This document shows, in pieces, positions 37,252 to 46,896 of a DNA stretch of 64,000 bases. The DNA lies in the NCBI GenBank assembly GCA_963699705.1, contig CAVOUW010000002.1:909970-973969 (forward strand), in the 5' to 3' direction. Position numbers and translations under genes: made by a program. The first letter of the stretch is position 1, and every line of letters starts with the position of its first letter. Below the pieces are notes generated by a model. The model searched no databases. It worked only from the letters and a program-made list of their open reading frames with translations, and was not told the DNA's origin. This DNA comes from an uncultured delta proteobacterium (GTDB lineage: Bacteria; Desulfobacterota; Binatia; Binatales; Binataceae).

Positions 37252-39624
37252 CTAAGGTTTCGCGCTGCGATGGTGCTCGAGGGTGCGGGCGCCTAAGCGG
37301 GCGGGGGCGGTTTCGGAACCTTGCACAACCACGACGCATCGTTTCGGGTCGGTTAGATCTTCGGGGCTGAGGCCGACTCTGTCGGCGAGGTTGGTCGCCA
37401 CTACGACGAGGCCGCCGGGGGTTTGACGGGCGAGTTGAGCTGCCGTCGGATTGCTCAGCACATCCGTATGCAGGCGTCGCCCCAGAGCGCGGCCGGCGTC
37501 GCGAATCAAATCGAGCAGTTCAGCATCTTCGGCGTTGCCATCCTCAGGCACCAGCACGGCGTGCAGGCCCGATTTTTTGCGCATCGCCACTCGCAGTGCC
37601 AGGTCGAGGGCTGCGCGGCCATGGGTGCCTCGATCGACGACCGCGAAGACGCGATCGAGTGGACGCTCGCCGCCGTGAATCACCACCGCGACGTGAACCG
37701 GGAGTGCGCGCGCCTTGTCGAGGATTTCGCGGACGACGCCGCCCATGAAATCGGAGCCGAAGACGGCGCGATGCGATCCCAGCAGCAGCCATCCGATTTG
37801 CGGCTCGTTGGCGAACGACAAAATATCCGCTGCGGGATTCGTGCTCCACACCGCTTGCGGCGTGATGATGCTGCCGCGCGCGAGTGCGAGATCCAGCGCC
37901 GCGGCAAGCGCGGCGGAGCGGGGCGGCACGCGCTGCTCGGCTTCGCGCAATCCCGAGCGCACGCCACCGGATGGAGTTTTCACCAATGCGAGCACGCGCG
38001 GCGGCGGCGCGTCGTGTGGCGTCGCCGCGAGCGCAAGTTCGACCAGGATGCCGACGCCCTCAGGATTCGATACCGGCACGAGAATGGCGCTGTGCTCGGT
38101 CCCGACCAGCATGGGACGCGGCGGAGGTTGCACCGGCCGCGGCGCGGAATGCGGTGCGCGAATCGGTGGTTGCGGCGCGACGGCAGGCTCTGGCGAGAAG
38201 GTGCCCATCTCGGGAAGCGGCTCGAGCTCCGCAAGCTGGCGCCGCGTGATCAGATGCAGAATCGGCGTCGTGGCAAAAGTGGTGACGAGCGCCATGATTA
38301 CCAGCATCGCGAACAGGGTCGGCGAGATCACGTTCATCTCGAGTCCGATATTCAAGACGATCAGTTCCATCAGGCCGCGCGTGTTCATCAGGACCCCGAG
38401 CGCCGACGAGTCGCGCCAGTCGAGCCCAGTAAATCGCGCCGCGATCGCGCTGCCGCCGAACTTGCCCGCCGACGCGACGATTACGATCAGCGCGCACATC
38501 ATCCACTGCTCGGATCCATTGACGAGTCCGATTTGCGTGCGCAGGCCGGTGTACGCGAAGAAGGCTGGCAGCAACAGCACGATCACGAAGTCTTCGAGGC
38601 GGTCGGTCAGCTCGCGCGCCATCCCGCTGTCATGCGGAATCACGGCACCGAGTGCGAAGGCGCCGAACACGGCGTGGATGCCGATCAATTCAGTGGCCGA
38701 CGCCGAGATCAGAAGAGCGACGAAAATCGCGGCCATCACGCCCTGCGTCAGGCGCCCGCGATTTCCATAAAGCAGCGACAAACGCACCATCGCCGGCCGC
38801 ACCACCAGGACCATCAGCAGGATAAAACCGACCGCCATCGCGATCGTCGCGAGCGCGCCAATTGCCTGCGCCCGCGCGACGCTGACCACGAATGCCAGCA
38901 TGCACCACGCGGTCACGTCATTGACGGCGGCGCAGGTCAGTGCAATCGCACCCATGCGCGTTTTGTGAATCCTGCGATCGGTCAAAATTCTGGCGAGCAC
39001 CGGAAACGCGGTCACCGACATCGACACGCCCAAAAAAAGCGAGAAGTACGTGAAAGGCACGTCGCTGGTCGAGAGCCTGGAATAAAGATAAAGCGCGATC
39101 GTCGCACCGAGCAGGAACGGCGTGATGATGCTCGCGGTCGAGATCACGACGGTTGCGTGGCCGCGGTTCCGGAGCAGGGCGGGATCGAGCTCGAGCCCGA
39201 CCAGGAACATATAAAGGATGACGCCGACCTGCGCGATGATATTGAGGAAGGGCCCGACCGCGGCCGGGAAGAGGTATCCTTCGGCGCCCGGCGTCAGGCG
39301 TCCGAGCAGCGACGGACCGAGCACGATCCCGGCGAGAATTTCGCCGACCACCTGCGGTTGATGGAAGCTGCGGAAGATCCAGCCCATCGCGCGCGCGGTC
39401 GCAATTACCACGACCAGTGCGAGCAGCACGTGCAGCAGATCGCCTTCGCTCGTGCGCGATGCGGCCGAGCCGAAAACGTTGGTACCGACAGGAGCGGGCG
39501 CGCCGAGGGTGTCGCCGTACGAGCGAATCCAGAGATACAGCAGCACCAGCGCGCCGATCATCAGGGCGTAAACGGCGGCGGCGCGCGAACCGGCGGTGGT
39601 AAGTCGCGGCTGTGTATCAGCCAT
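37252..39624 (-). CDS. CPA2-family cation:proton antiporter (Kef-type) fused to C-terminal tandem universal-stress (Usp) domains
   Basis: About 12 TM helices over about 430 aa; Kef-like motifs (GEILAGIVLGPS…); cytoplasmic Usp-like tail. Confidence 0.75.
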   Translation of the reverse strand: MADTQPRLTTAGSRAAAVYALMIGALVLLYLWIRSYGDTLGAPAPVGTNVFGSAASRTSEGDLLHVLLALVVVIATARAMGWIFRSFHQPQVVGEILAGIVLGPSLLGRLTPGAEGYLFPAAVGPFLNIIAQVGVILYMFLVGLELDPALLRNRGHATVVISTASIITPFLLGATIALYLYSRLSTSDVPFTYFSLFLGVSMSVTAFPVLARILTDRRIHKTRMGAIALTCAAVNDVTAWCMLAFVVSVARAQAIGALATIAMAVGFILLMVLVVRPAMVRLSLLYGNRGRLTQGVMAAIFVALLISASATELIGIHAVFGAFALGAVIPHDSGMARELTDRLEDFVIVLLLPAFFAYTGLRTQIGLVNGSEQWMMCALIVIVASAGKFGGSAIAARFTGLDWRDSSALGVLMNTRGLMELIVLNIGLEMNVISPTLFAMLVIMALVTTFATTPILHLITRRQLAELEPLPEMGTFSPEPAVAPQPPIRAPHSAPRPVQPPPRPMLVGTEHSAILVPVSNPEGVGILVELALAATPHDAPPPRVLALVKTPSGGVRSGLREAEQRVPPRSAALAAALDLALARGSIITPQAVWSTNPAADILSFANEPQIGWLLLGSHRAVFGSDFMGGVVREILDKARALPVHVAVVIHGGERPLDRVFAVVDRGTHGRAALDLALRVAMRKKSGLHAVLVPEDGNAEDAELLDLIRDAGRALGRRLHTDVLSNPTAAQLARQTPGGLVVVATNLADRVGLSPEDLTDPKRCVVVVQGSETAPARLGARTLEHHRSAKP

Positions 39625-39767
39625 TGGCGGATTCTACCAGAGTGAGAGGTCGATGCGGAGTGTGGGGAAAATTTGCTTTCCGTGCCAGCGACCTAATCCC
39701 TAACCCCCAACCCCTTCCCATAGTAGGAAGGGGAACCGGATTTTTAGAGGAGAACAAAGCGGGCAAA

Positions 39768-40316
39768 CTAGTGGAGGTCGGCGAACGGTTTGGAGGCGCG
39801 GGAGCGCTTTTTCTTTGGGGTTTTTTGGGCGTCGGGCGCGATGCCATCGCCGTTGGAGGAGGTTGAGGTTGTGCGCTCGCGGCGGCGGCGAATCGCTACG
39901 AAAGTTGCCGCGATCTCGACTGCCTGCTCGGCTTCGCGATCGCCATGCCAATGATTTATGACGTCGCTCAACGATAGGATTCCGATCGGACGGCCGCGGG
40001 TATCGACCACTGGTAGGCGATGAATCTCGTGCGTGCGCATCAGGCGATGCGCCGTGTCGAGATCGTCGCCGCGCGCACATGAAATGACTTTCGGCGACAT
40101 CACGCGCTCGACGGGGATCGCATCAAGCGGGACGCCTTGCGTGTACGACGCCATGCAGATGTCGCGGTCGGTGACGATTCCGACGAGCTTGCCGTGCATA
40201 TCGACGACCGGCGCACATCCGCAATCGTGATCCCACATTATTCGTGCGGCCGCATTCAATGAGTCATGAATCGTGCACGCTTGTACATCGCGGGTCATCA
40301 GGTCAGCGATTTTCAC
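39768..40316 (-). CDS. CBS-domain pair protein
   Basis: Tandem CBS motifs (…PVVD..GKLVGIVTDRD…; …HRLPVVD..GRPIGILSLSD). Confidence 0.75.
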   Translation of the reverse strand: MKIADLMTRDVQACTIHDSLNAAARIMWDHDCGCAPVVDMHGKLVGIVTDRDICMASYTQGVPLDAIPVERVMSPKVISCARGDDLDTAHRLMRTHEIHRLPVVDTRGRPIGILSLSDVINHWHGDREAEQAVEIAATFVAIRRRRERTTSTSSNGDGIAPDAQKTPKKKRSRASKPFADLH

Positions 40317-40351
40317 TGAGTTAACTCCTCACAGCGGTATTCGCTTGAAAA

Positions 40352-40819
40352 TTATTTCCAGGTTGAGAACGGTTTGATCGACAGGTTCGAATTGAAATAG
40401 CGCGGGTCGCCGCTCACTTCGCGATCGACCCAATCCGGCAGCTCGACTGTTTCCTTCGCGTCCTTGAGTTCGACTTCGGCGACCGTCAGTCCAGAATTGG
40501 CGCCGCTGTATTCATCGACTTCCCAGGTATGGCCCTTGAACACAATTCGGTAGCGCGTCTTTTCGATTGGCGGATGCTCGCACAGGTTTGCCAGCATTTC
40601 ATTCGCGTCGTTGAGCGGAATCTCGTACTCATATTCATCGCGCGTAATGTCTTTCGTCGATCCTTTTATCGTCACGTAAGCCTTGTCCCCGTATGTGCGG
40701 ACGCGCACGGAGCATTGCCTGGACGCGGTCAGATAACCTTGTCGAATCTCGAGGCCGGGTCCGAGATCGCTCCACTTCCGCGGATGCACCAGGAACTTGC
40801 GCTCAATTTCCTTCCCCAT
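40352..40819 (-). CDS. CYTH-domain protein (class IV adenylate cyclase / triphosphate tunnel metalloenzyme)
   Basis: N-terminal EIERKFLV signature; 155 aa. Confidence 0.75.
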   Translation of the reverse strand: MGKEIERKFLVHPRKWSDLGPGLEIRQGYLTASRQCSVRVRTYGDKAYVTIKGSTKDITRDEYEYEIPLNDANEMLANLCEHPPIEKTRYRIVFKGHTWEVDEYSGANSGLTVAEVELKDAKETVELPDWVDREVSGDPRYFNSNLSIKPFSTWK

Positions 40820-40890
40820 TTGTTTTAGTATCTACTCGAATTTCTAACCATCGTGCATCGCCGATGTAATAGGTCCGATACAGTCTCCAA

Positions 40891-41562
40891 TCAGGTTGCG
40901 GTGGCGGCTGCGCGCGGCGTCATTCCAGTCATCAGCTTCAGGTGACGAACATAGTTTATATTCGCGTGCGAGTTGAGGCCAAGTTTTGCGATTGCTCGAA
41001 GAACTGCTGCGGAGTCCTCCGATTCGATCGAGACGGTTTCCGAGGTTGCGCCGCCGGCGATTCGGACTTCGGCGAATTCCGCGGTGAACTTCTCCGACGT
41101 GTAATGGCTGCGCAGCTTTACGACTTCGACCATCGCGAGGTCGCGGTTCGGCCGCACCAGGTCGCGGATCAATTCGCCATGCGTGTACGACGGTTGCGTG
41201 ATTTGCGGGACCGCAACCCCGAGATTCGGGAACACCTGCTCGACGATCGAGCGCGAGTCGAGCGGGAACCCGGATTTCAGCACGGGACGCCATCGCTCGA
41301 GCCGGCCGACCTGCTCGGTCATCAGCTTGAGGTCGAGCAGTTCGTCGCGAATCTTGAGGTTGGCGGTGTCGGTCGCGCGCGAGAGAATATAAGTCTCGGC
41401 GCTTTCGCGCGGATCGGCCGGCGCTGCGATAGCGGCCAGCCGATCGCGAAACGGGCTAAGGTGATTTCCCCAAATCCGGAATTCGAATCTTCCCAGCGGA
41501 TTGCTCATCGTCGTCGCAGCGAAGGATTGTCGAGGCTGCGCATCACGATAACATTCCGCCAC
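40891..41562 (-). CDS. Hypothetical protein, possibly a divergent CYTH/TTM-like fold
   Basis: Contains RFEFRIW…EFAEVRIAGG, reminiscent of the CYTH E.E.KF…E.D core; the true start may be MSNPLG (about 41508). Confidence 0.35.
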   Translation of the reverse strand: MAECYRDAQPRQSFAATTMSNPLGRFEFRIWGNHLSPFRDRLAAIAAPADPRESAETYILSRATDTANLKIRDELLDLKLMTEQVGRLERWRPVLKSGFPLDSRSIVEQVFPNLGVAVPQITQPSYTHGELIRDLVRPNRDLAMVEVVKLRSHYTSEKFTAEFAEVRIAGGATSETVSIESEDSAAVLRAIAKLGLNSHANINYVRHLKLMTGMTPRAAATAT

Positions 41563-41608
41563 CTCTGGGAAAAATCAGGTTGCGCGATTTCCTTTCCAGT
41601 GATTTTTT

Positions 41609-42223
41609 TTAGAAACTCGCGCCCTCCCGCATTCCGGCCGCGCGCGCGGACGAACCGGGATCGCCGCCGCTGGATCGTTTGCGCGACGAGCGTCCCGCGC
41701 GCACCACCTGCCGGCGGCCGACCGAGCGCATTTGCTTGGTGGGCAGATCGTCCACGCTCAGCAATCCGAGCCGCGAGCGCAATGACGCCGGCTCGATTCC
41801 AAGCACGTCGCATACGTACTCAAAGGAAAATGGACTATGGATTCCAGCCTCCGCATGGAACCATCGCTGTACCTCATCGTATTGCTCGCGGTCGCATCGT
41901 CGCGACGAGTTCACCGTCTTGACGTAACATCGCACCGCGTCTTCCAGGACCGCGAACACCAATCGCGTCTCGCCGTCGAGCATCGAGCGCCGCCGGGTCA
42001 AATCGAAAAACTGAACCGGCACGAGAAAATCGGGTTCGAAGCGCGCACTGAGCCACGGATCGGGCCCCGCGCATTCGGCGTTTACCTGAGTAGAAGGCCC
42101 GTATTGATGTACCTGTGAAACCATTGCGGCCATATTGGGACCCTCCTTGAGCTGAAAGCGGAACTCCTGCCAGCCAGCATGGTCTGTGCCAACCGATAAC
42201 GGCATCCTAAAGTGAGAAATCAC
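41609..42223 (-). CDS. Hypothetical protein with an Arg/Ser-rich basic C-terminus
   Basis: 204 aa; co-directional with and 46 nt upstream of the previous gene. Confidence 0.35.
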   Translation of the reverse strand: MISHFRMPLSVGTDHAGWQEFRFQLKEGPNMAAMVSQVHQYGPSTQVNAECAGPDPWLSARFEPDFLVPVQFFDLTRRRSMLDGETRLVFAVLEDAVRCYVKTVNSSRRCDREQYDEVQRWFHAEAGIHSPFSFEYVCDVLGIEPASLRSRLGLLSVDDLPTKQMRSVGRRQVVRAGRSSRKRSSGGDPGSSARAAGMREGASF

Positions 42224-42552
42224 TGGTGAAATGAGAGTTTTCGCGATGCCAACGGCGGCGCATGCTGCTCAATTATGCGGCATCACGGCGATTGTCAGCT
42301 GTGCAATCGAGTTCCGCGGGGAACGCAGCGATCTTAAGAACAGCTCTCGCGCCCGCCCTGCAATCCGGTTACACTGCCGCGTTCCGGGGCGCGGCAGACC
42401 TTCGAGGAAGCAACCAAATTGAAACATTTTCCGTATATGGAACTACTAGACTCGGACTGCGCGCGGAAAGAGTATTGAGTCCGGTCGTTCTTACAAAAGT
42501 GGCGCGAGGCACGATCAATGCTGATATTAAAAAATGCTGACGGCCGACAAAT

Positions 42553-43230
42553 ATGAAAACTCGAACGAAAGCCCGACCCACTAAAACCAGTTCGAAAACA
42601 GTTAAGAGGCAGAAGACCAAGATGGTATCCGCAGTGAATACGGGCGGACGGAGGATCGACGCACTCAAGCGGATGCTCGCCAAGGAGCGCGCCGATACGC
42701 TTGCCCGGGTGAAAGAATTAATGCGCGAGCAGGCTCGCAACGGCGGACAGCCGCCGGCTGACGAGATGGATGTCGCGCGATCGTTGTCGGAAGTCGAGAC
42801 GCACGCGGCGCTGTTCGATCGCGCGCAGGAGCGGCTAAGCGCAATCGATGCGGCAATCGCACGGCTCGGCGCGGGAGTCTATGGAATCTGTGCACGATGC
42901 GGCGACGAAATCCCGCTGGCGCGCCTGCAGGTAATCCCGTTCGCGCAATATTGCGTCGATTGTCAGAACGAAGCGAACACCGAAGCTCGCAGCGGGCAGA
43001 GTGGAATGGCCAAGCCGTTCGGCGGCCGATGGACCGGGCCCGAAGAGCTCAGCAATCCCGACGACGCCGAAGAACACGTCGAACGGGTTCCGACCGCGGA
43101 TGACGACGTGCAGGTGGACAGCGCGTTCGGCCCCGATGAAGACGAGCTGGAAGCGACGGGCGTCGAGAAGCGCCGTCGCGGACGTCCGCCGAAAGCAAAG
43201 AAGCCGCTGGTGCAGAAAAAAGCGCGATAG
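42553..43230 (+). CDS. DksA/TraR-family C4 zinc-finger protein with a Lys-rich N-terminus and a C-terminal AT-hook (RRGRPPKAKKP)
   Basis: CxxC…CxxC (CARCGDEIP…CVDCQNE) preceded by a coiled-coil; AT-hook GRP core. Confidence 0.65.
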   Translation: MKTRTKARPTKTSSKTVKRQKTKMVSAVNTGGRRIDALKRMLAKERADTLARVKELMREQARNGGQPPADEMDVARSLSEVETHAALFDRAQERLSAIDAAIARLGAGVYGICARCGDEIPLARLQVIPFAQYCVDCQNEANTEARSGQSGMAKPFGGRWTGPEELSNPDDAEEHVERVPTADDDVQVDSAFGPDEDELEATGVEKRRRGRPPKAKKPLVQKKAR

Positions 43231-43246
43231 TCCGGGAAGCCGCGAC

Positions 43247-43290
43247 TGATTGTAGTGGAACCCACCGTGGGTTCCACACCTTGGGCAGGG
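43247..43290. repeat. Composite REP-like element, family B (GGAACCCACCGTGGGTTCC hairpin plus GCAGGG-N4/5-CCCTGC hairpin); other copies at 44662-44708 (inverted) and 62427-62474
   Basis: Three intergenic copies with the same two-hairpin architecture. Confidence 0.65.
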
Positions 43291-43628
43291 TGACCCCTGC
43301 ATTCAGTATTAATCGCAAAGTTGAGCCCAGCGCACTACTTTGCTCTGGGTCACATAAAAACAGAATCCGGTTCCCTTTCCAGCTCGGGAAGGGGTTAGGT
43401 CTTCGCGCGTACGCGATTCCGACTGGTACCGAAGCCCACGTGTCTCATTGCGGGACAACAGTTGGTTGATTCGGGGAACATTTGGTTGGCGGCGTTGTGT
43501 CACGCGCAGCGGTTCAAGTCGATTCTTTAGCCATTTCTTGACTCTCTTCATGCGATCAAGTTCCGTCCGCTGCGGCATAGCGATTGCTCTGGTATGTCAG
43601 CGCGATTGCGCGCCAGGAATTGTTTCGA

Positions 43629-44432
43629 ATGTTTTTGCTGTTGGTGGAAGACAACCCTACCGATCGGATGGTTATCCAGGCTCGGCTACGACGCGCGTTC
43701 CCGGGCGCGCAAATCATGGCCGCCGACGATCCGAACGGTTTGAACGAACACCTGAAGCACGACCGCTGCGACATCGTGATCACGGACTATTGGCTCGGAT
43801 GGAGCGACGGCTTGTCGATCCTCCAGCGCGTGCTCGACCGATGGCCGCGGAGCCGGGTCATCATGCTCACGGGCAATGGCGGCGAAGAAGTGATGGCCGA
43901 CGCGTTCAAGCACGGGCTCTATCATTACCTGCTCAAGCCAGACGGATTCGACGAGCTGGTAGCGGTCACGGCGGCCGCGATTGAGAGCAAGCGGCGCGAA
44001 GATTTTAACGACCTGATGGCGTTGATCGTCAACTCGCTGCCGGACGCGGTTTATAGTGTGGACACGTCGGGCAGGATCACCGCGATTAACCTGGCGGCTC
44101 GCCGGATGTACGGTTACGCCGACCTCGAGATGGTGGGACTCACCAACGAGATCCTGATGCCGGGCGGACGCCGCGATGAAATCCGGCGGATGCATGAGCG
44201 GGCGCTCGGCGGGGAAATCGTGCCTCGGTTCATGACGCTGCAAATCCGCAGCGACGGCGTCGAAATTCCGGTCTCGATGACAATACTGCCGATGCGTCAC
44301 GGCGACGGACCAATCTCCAACGTTGCGTTCATCGCAACGCCGATTGGCAAACAGACGCGCGAGGCCGGCGTCGCCAGTGCGCGCGAAGAATCGCATCCGC
44401 CCCGCCACGCACTCGCCCTAAGCATCCGCTAG
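43629..44432 (+). CDS. Response regulator (REC) fused to a PAS domain
   Basis: LLLVEDNPTDR…D…ITDYWL; PAS block (ALIVNSLPDAVYSVDTSGRITAINLAARRMYGY). Confidence 0.7.
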   Translation: MFLLLVEDNPTDRMVIQARLRRAFPGAQIMAADDPNGLNEHLKHDRCDIVITDYWLGWSDGLSILQRVLDRWPRSRVIMLTGNGGEEVMADAFKHGLYHYLLKPDGFDELVAVTAAAIESKRREDFNDLMALIVNSLPDAVYSVDTSGRITAINLAARRMYGYADLEMVGLTNEILMPGGRRDEIRRMHERALGGEIVPRFMTLQIRSDGVEIPVSMTILPMRHGDGPISNVAFIATPIGKQTREAGVASAREESHPPRHALALSIR

Positions 44433-44787
44433 CGCTCATTCGCCGCGCAGGGACGGGGTGCGCGCACGCGCGAAGAACCTAACCCCTAACCCCTTCCGAA
44501 CAGGAAGGGGGACCGGAGATTTCGCGGAATCTCGTCGTCCTATCCCCCTCACCCCTTTCCGACGCGGAAAAGGGGAAACAGAGGCAGAGAGATTCGGTGT
44601 CTCTCCCCGAACCTTCGAGCAAAAGGGCGTCCTCGCCATTTTGCGATTTCTTATTACTGGGTGCAGGGGTCACCCCTGCCGAAGGAAGCGTGAAACCCAC
44701 CGCGGGGCTTCACATTTAATTAAGTCCATTCCCCTCTTCAGGCCCCGCTACCTTGGCGCTCGCGGGAGGACTAAAGTAACCGGTCTG

Positions 44788-46200
44788 ATGGCGCACGAGA
44801 ACGGTACGCACAAACTGACCGAGCACGGCGCATTGAATCATGTGCCGATATATCGCAGCCGGCCGGTGCGAATCGCGCTCTACTATGCGCTCGGCGGATT
44901 GATCTGGGTTGCGATGTCCGATCGGGTGCTGTCGCTGATGCCGGCGCATTCCTACTCCCTTAACCGGCTGATGTTCGTGTGCGTGAACGCGCTCCTGCTC
45001 TACCTGGTCGCAGCGCGATACATGAAGACGATTCGCGTTTCGGTGGCGGCGCGTGAGGAAGCGCTGGTGCGCGCGCGCGGTTACTTCGAATCGTCGGTCG
45101 AAGGAATTATTTCGGCAGACAGCAACGGGATGATTCGCCAGGTCAACCCGCGCGGGCAGGAGATGTTCGGTTATCACGAAATGGAGCTGGTCGGTCAGCC
45201 GATAGAAGTGCTGGTGCCGCAACGCTTCCACTATCGCCACGAGGCGCATCGCAGCGCGTTTTTCGCGGCGCCGAGATCGCGCTCGATGGGCCGCGGGATG
45301 GAAATTGCGGGACGCCGAAAAGACGGCAGCGAATTTCCGGTCGAGATCAGCCTCAACGTCGTGCATACGCATCGCGGCAAGCTGGTGATCGCGTTCATCG
45401 CGGACATCACCGAGCGCCGCGCGATGGAGCGCGAAGCGCGTCGGAACGAGACCGTCGATGCGCTCGCGGCGGTCGCAGCCGGAATTGCGCACGAACTCAA
45501 TAATCCGCTGGCGGTGATGGCGTCGAGGATCGAGTTGATGCTGGCGTCGGACCAGGATCTCAGCGTCCAGACGCGCGACGACCTGCTGGTCCTGCAAAAG
45601 AATATCGAGCGTGCCAGCCGCATCTCGCACAACATGCTATCGCTCGCGCGTCAACGGCCGGGCTCGCGCCAGACGGTGGATATGAACGTCGCGGTCGAAG
45701 AGGCGATGTTAATCGTCGGCGCCGAGCCCAAGGGTGGCATGCTCTACGAAACCAGCCTGGACCGGTCGCTGCCGCCGCTGATGGCTGAGCCGACGGGTAT
45801 CGAGCAGGTGCTGATCAATTTTATTTTGAACGCGCGCGACGCGGGCGCGCACCTGATACGAATCGAGACTGCGCCGGCGCCGGGGCGCCCCGGCTATCTT
45901 CGCTTGTCAATCTCCGATGACGGCGCGGGAATCCCGGGCGACGTTCTCGCGAAGTTGTTTCAGCCATTTTTCACGACCAAGGCGAAGGGGACGGGCCTCG
46001 GTCTATGGCTGAGTCAACGCATCGTTCAGGATCACGGCGGTAATATCGCGGTCGAATCCGAAGTCGGCAAAGGCACTATCTTCGCGATAACCCTGCCGAC
46101 CATGACAGAGGCGTCCTCGGAGCGCATGCCGCTCCCGCGCGATGACCGCCCGCCTCCGCCGCAAGTCGCGTCAGCGCAAAGCGGCCGGTCGGGCCGCTAG
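44788..46200 (+). CDS. PAS-domain sensor histidine kinase
   Basis: Two TM helices; PAS; H-box IAHELNNPL; N/G1/G2 boxes (GTGLGLWLS). Confidence 0.8.
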   Translation: MAHENGTHKLTEHGALNHVPIYRSRPVRIALYYALGGLIWVAMSDRVLSLMPAHSYSLNRLMFVCVNALLLYLVAARYMKTIRVSVAAREEALVRARGYFESSVEGIISADSNGMIRQVNPRGQEMFGYHEMELVGQPIEVLVPQRFHYRHEAHRSAFFAAPRSRSMGRGMEIAGRRKDGSEFPVEISLNVVHTHRGKLVIAFIADITERRAMEREARRNETVDALAAVAAGIAHELNNPLAVMASRIELMLASDQDLSVQTRDDLLVLQKNIERASRISHNMLSLARQRPGSRQTVDMNVAVEEAMLIVGAEPKGGMLYETSLDRSLPPLMAEPTGIEQVLINFILNARDAGAHLIRIETAPAPGRPGYLRLSISDDGAGIPGDVLAKLFQPFFTTKAKGTGLGLWLSQRIVQDHGGNIAVESEVGKGTIFAITLPTMTEASSERMPLPRDDRPPPPQVASAQSGRSGR

Positions 46201-46206
46201 CCGGCG

Positions 46207-46575
46207 ATGGCGGCGCAGGCAAAAATTCTGATCGTGGACGACGAACGCGATCTGGTGGACGCATACGTCAGGCTCCTCCAGCGCGCCGGCCACAATTGCC
46301 TCGCCGCATTCGATGCCAACGAAGCGATCCAGTTGATCGACGCCGAATCACCCGACCTCGTAATCACGGATTTGAGCCTGCCCGACACCAGTGGCATCGA
46401 GATCATCCGCCACATCCGCGCAAAATCAGCAACCACGCCGATCATCGTAATGTCGGGCCACAACACCCCCGAACTAAACAACGCCGCCCACGCCGCCGGA
46501 GCAAACATCTCGCTCCTGAAGCCAGTATCGATAGCCGAGCTGCAAAGAGTGATCGTCGAAGCATTGGGTCGGTGA
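46207..46575 (+). CDS. Single-domain CheY-like response regulator
   Basis: ILIVDDE…D…ITDLSLPD…K receiver motifs. Confidence 0.8.
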   Translation: MAAQAKILIVDDERDLVDAYVRLLQRAGHNCLAAFDANEAIQLIDAESPDLVITDLSLPDTSGIEIIRHIRAKSATTPIIVMSGHNTPELNNAAHAAGANISLLKPVSIAELQRVIVEALGR

Positions 46576-46587
46576 GCGTTCTCCGAC

Positions 46588-46873
46588 CGACGCGAGCAGC
46601 GCGAGCAAATCTGTCATCCTGACAAAGCGAGCAACGCGAGCGGCAGGAAGGATCTCGGACAGCGGGGCGTAAGCACCGCCGGTTCCGGTTTTAAGTTGCT
46701 GCCTTCCGCTAAGGATCTCAAAGGAGCGCTGCGCGATTTTCAGAGACCGGAACCGGCTTCGCGTCCGCGAAGCTGTCCGAGGTCCTTCCTCCCGTCGCGT
46801 TGCTCCCGTCGTCAGGATGACACAAAAACATGAAGCTGCCCGAAGGCCCGTTCCGGCGGCTCGCGCTGCTCGC
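46588..46873. mobile_element. About 290-bp nested imperfect palindrome (MITE-like, or a complex bidirectional terminator) between convergent genes
   Basis: Outer arms cgcgagcagcgcgagc (46591) / gctcgcgctgctcgc (46858). Middle arms ctgtcatcctgac…ggacagc (46611-46663) / gctgtcc…gtcaggatgacac (46772-46823), about 85% identical. Inner hairpin ccggttccgg (46679) / ccggaaccgg (46747). Confidence 0.5.
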
Positions 46874-46896
46874 TACACAAAAAACAGCAATCCGTA

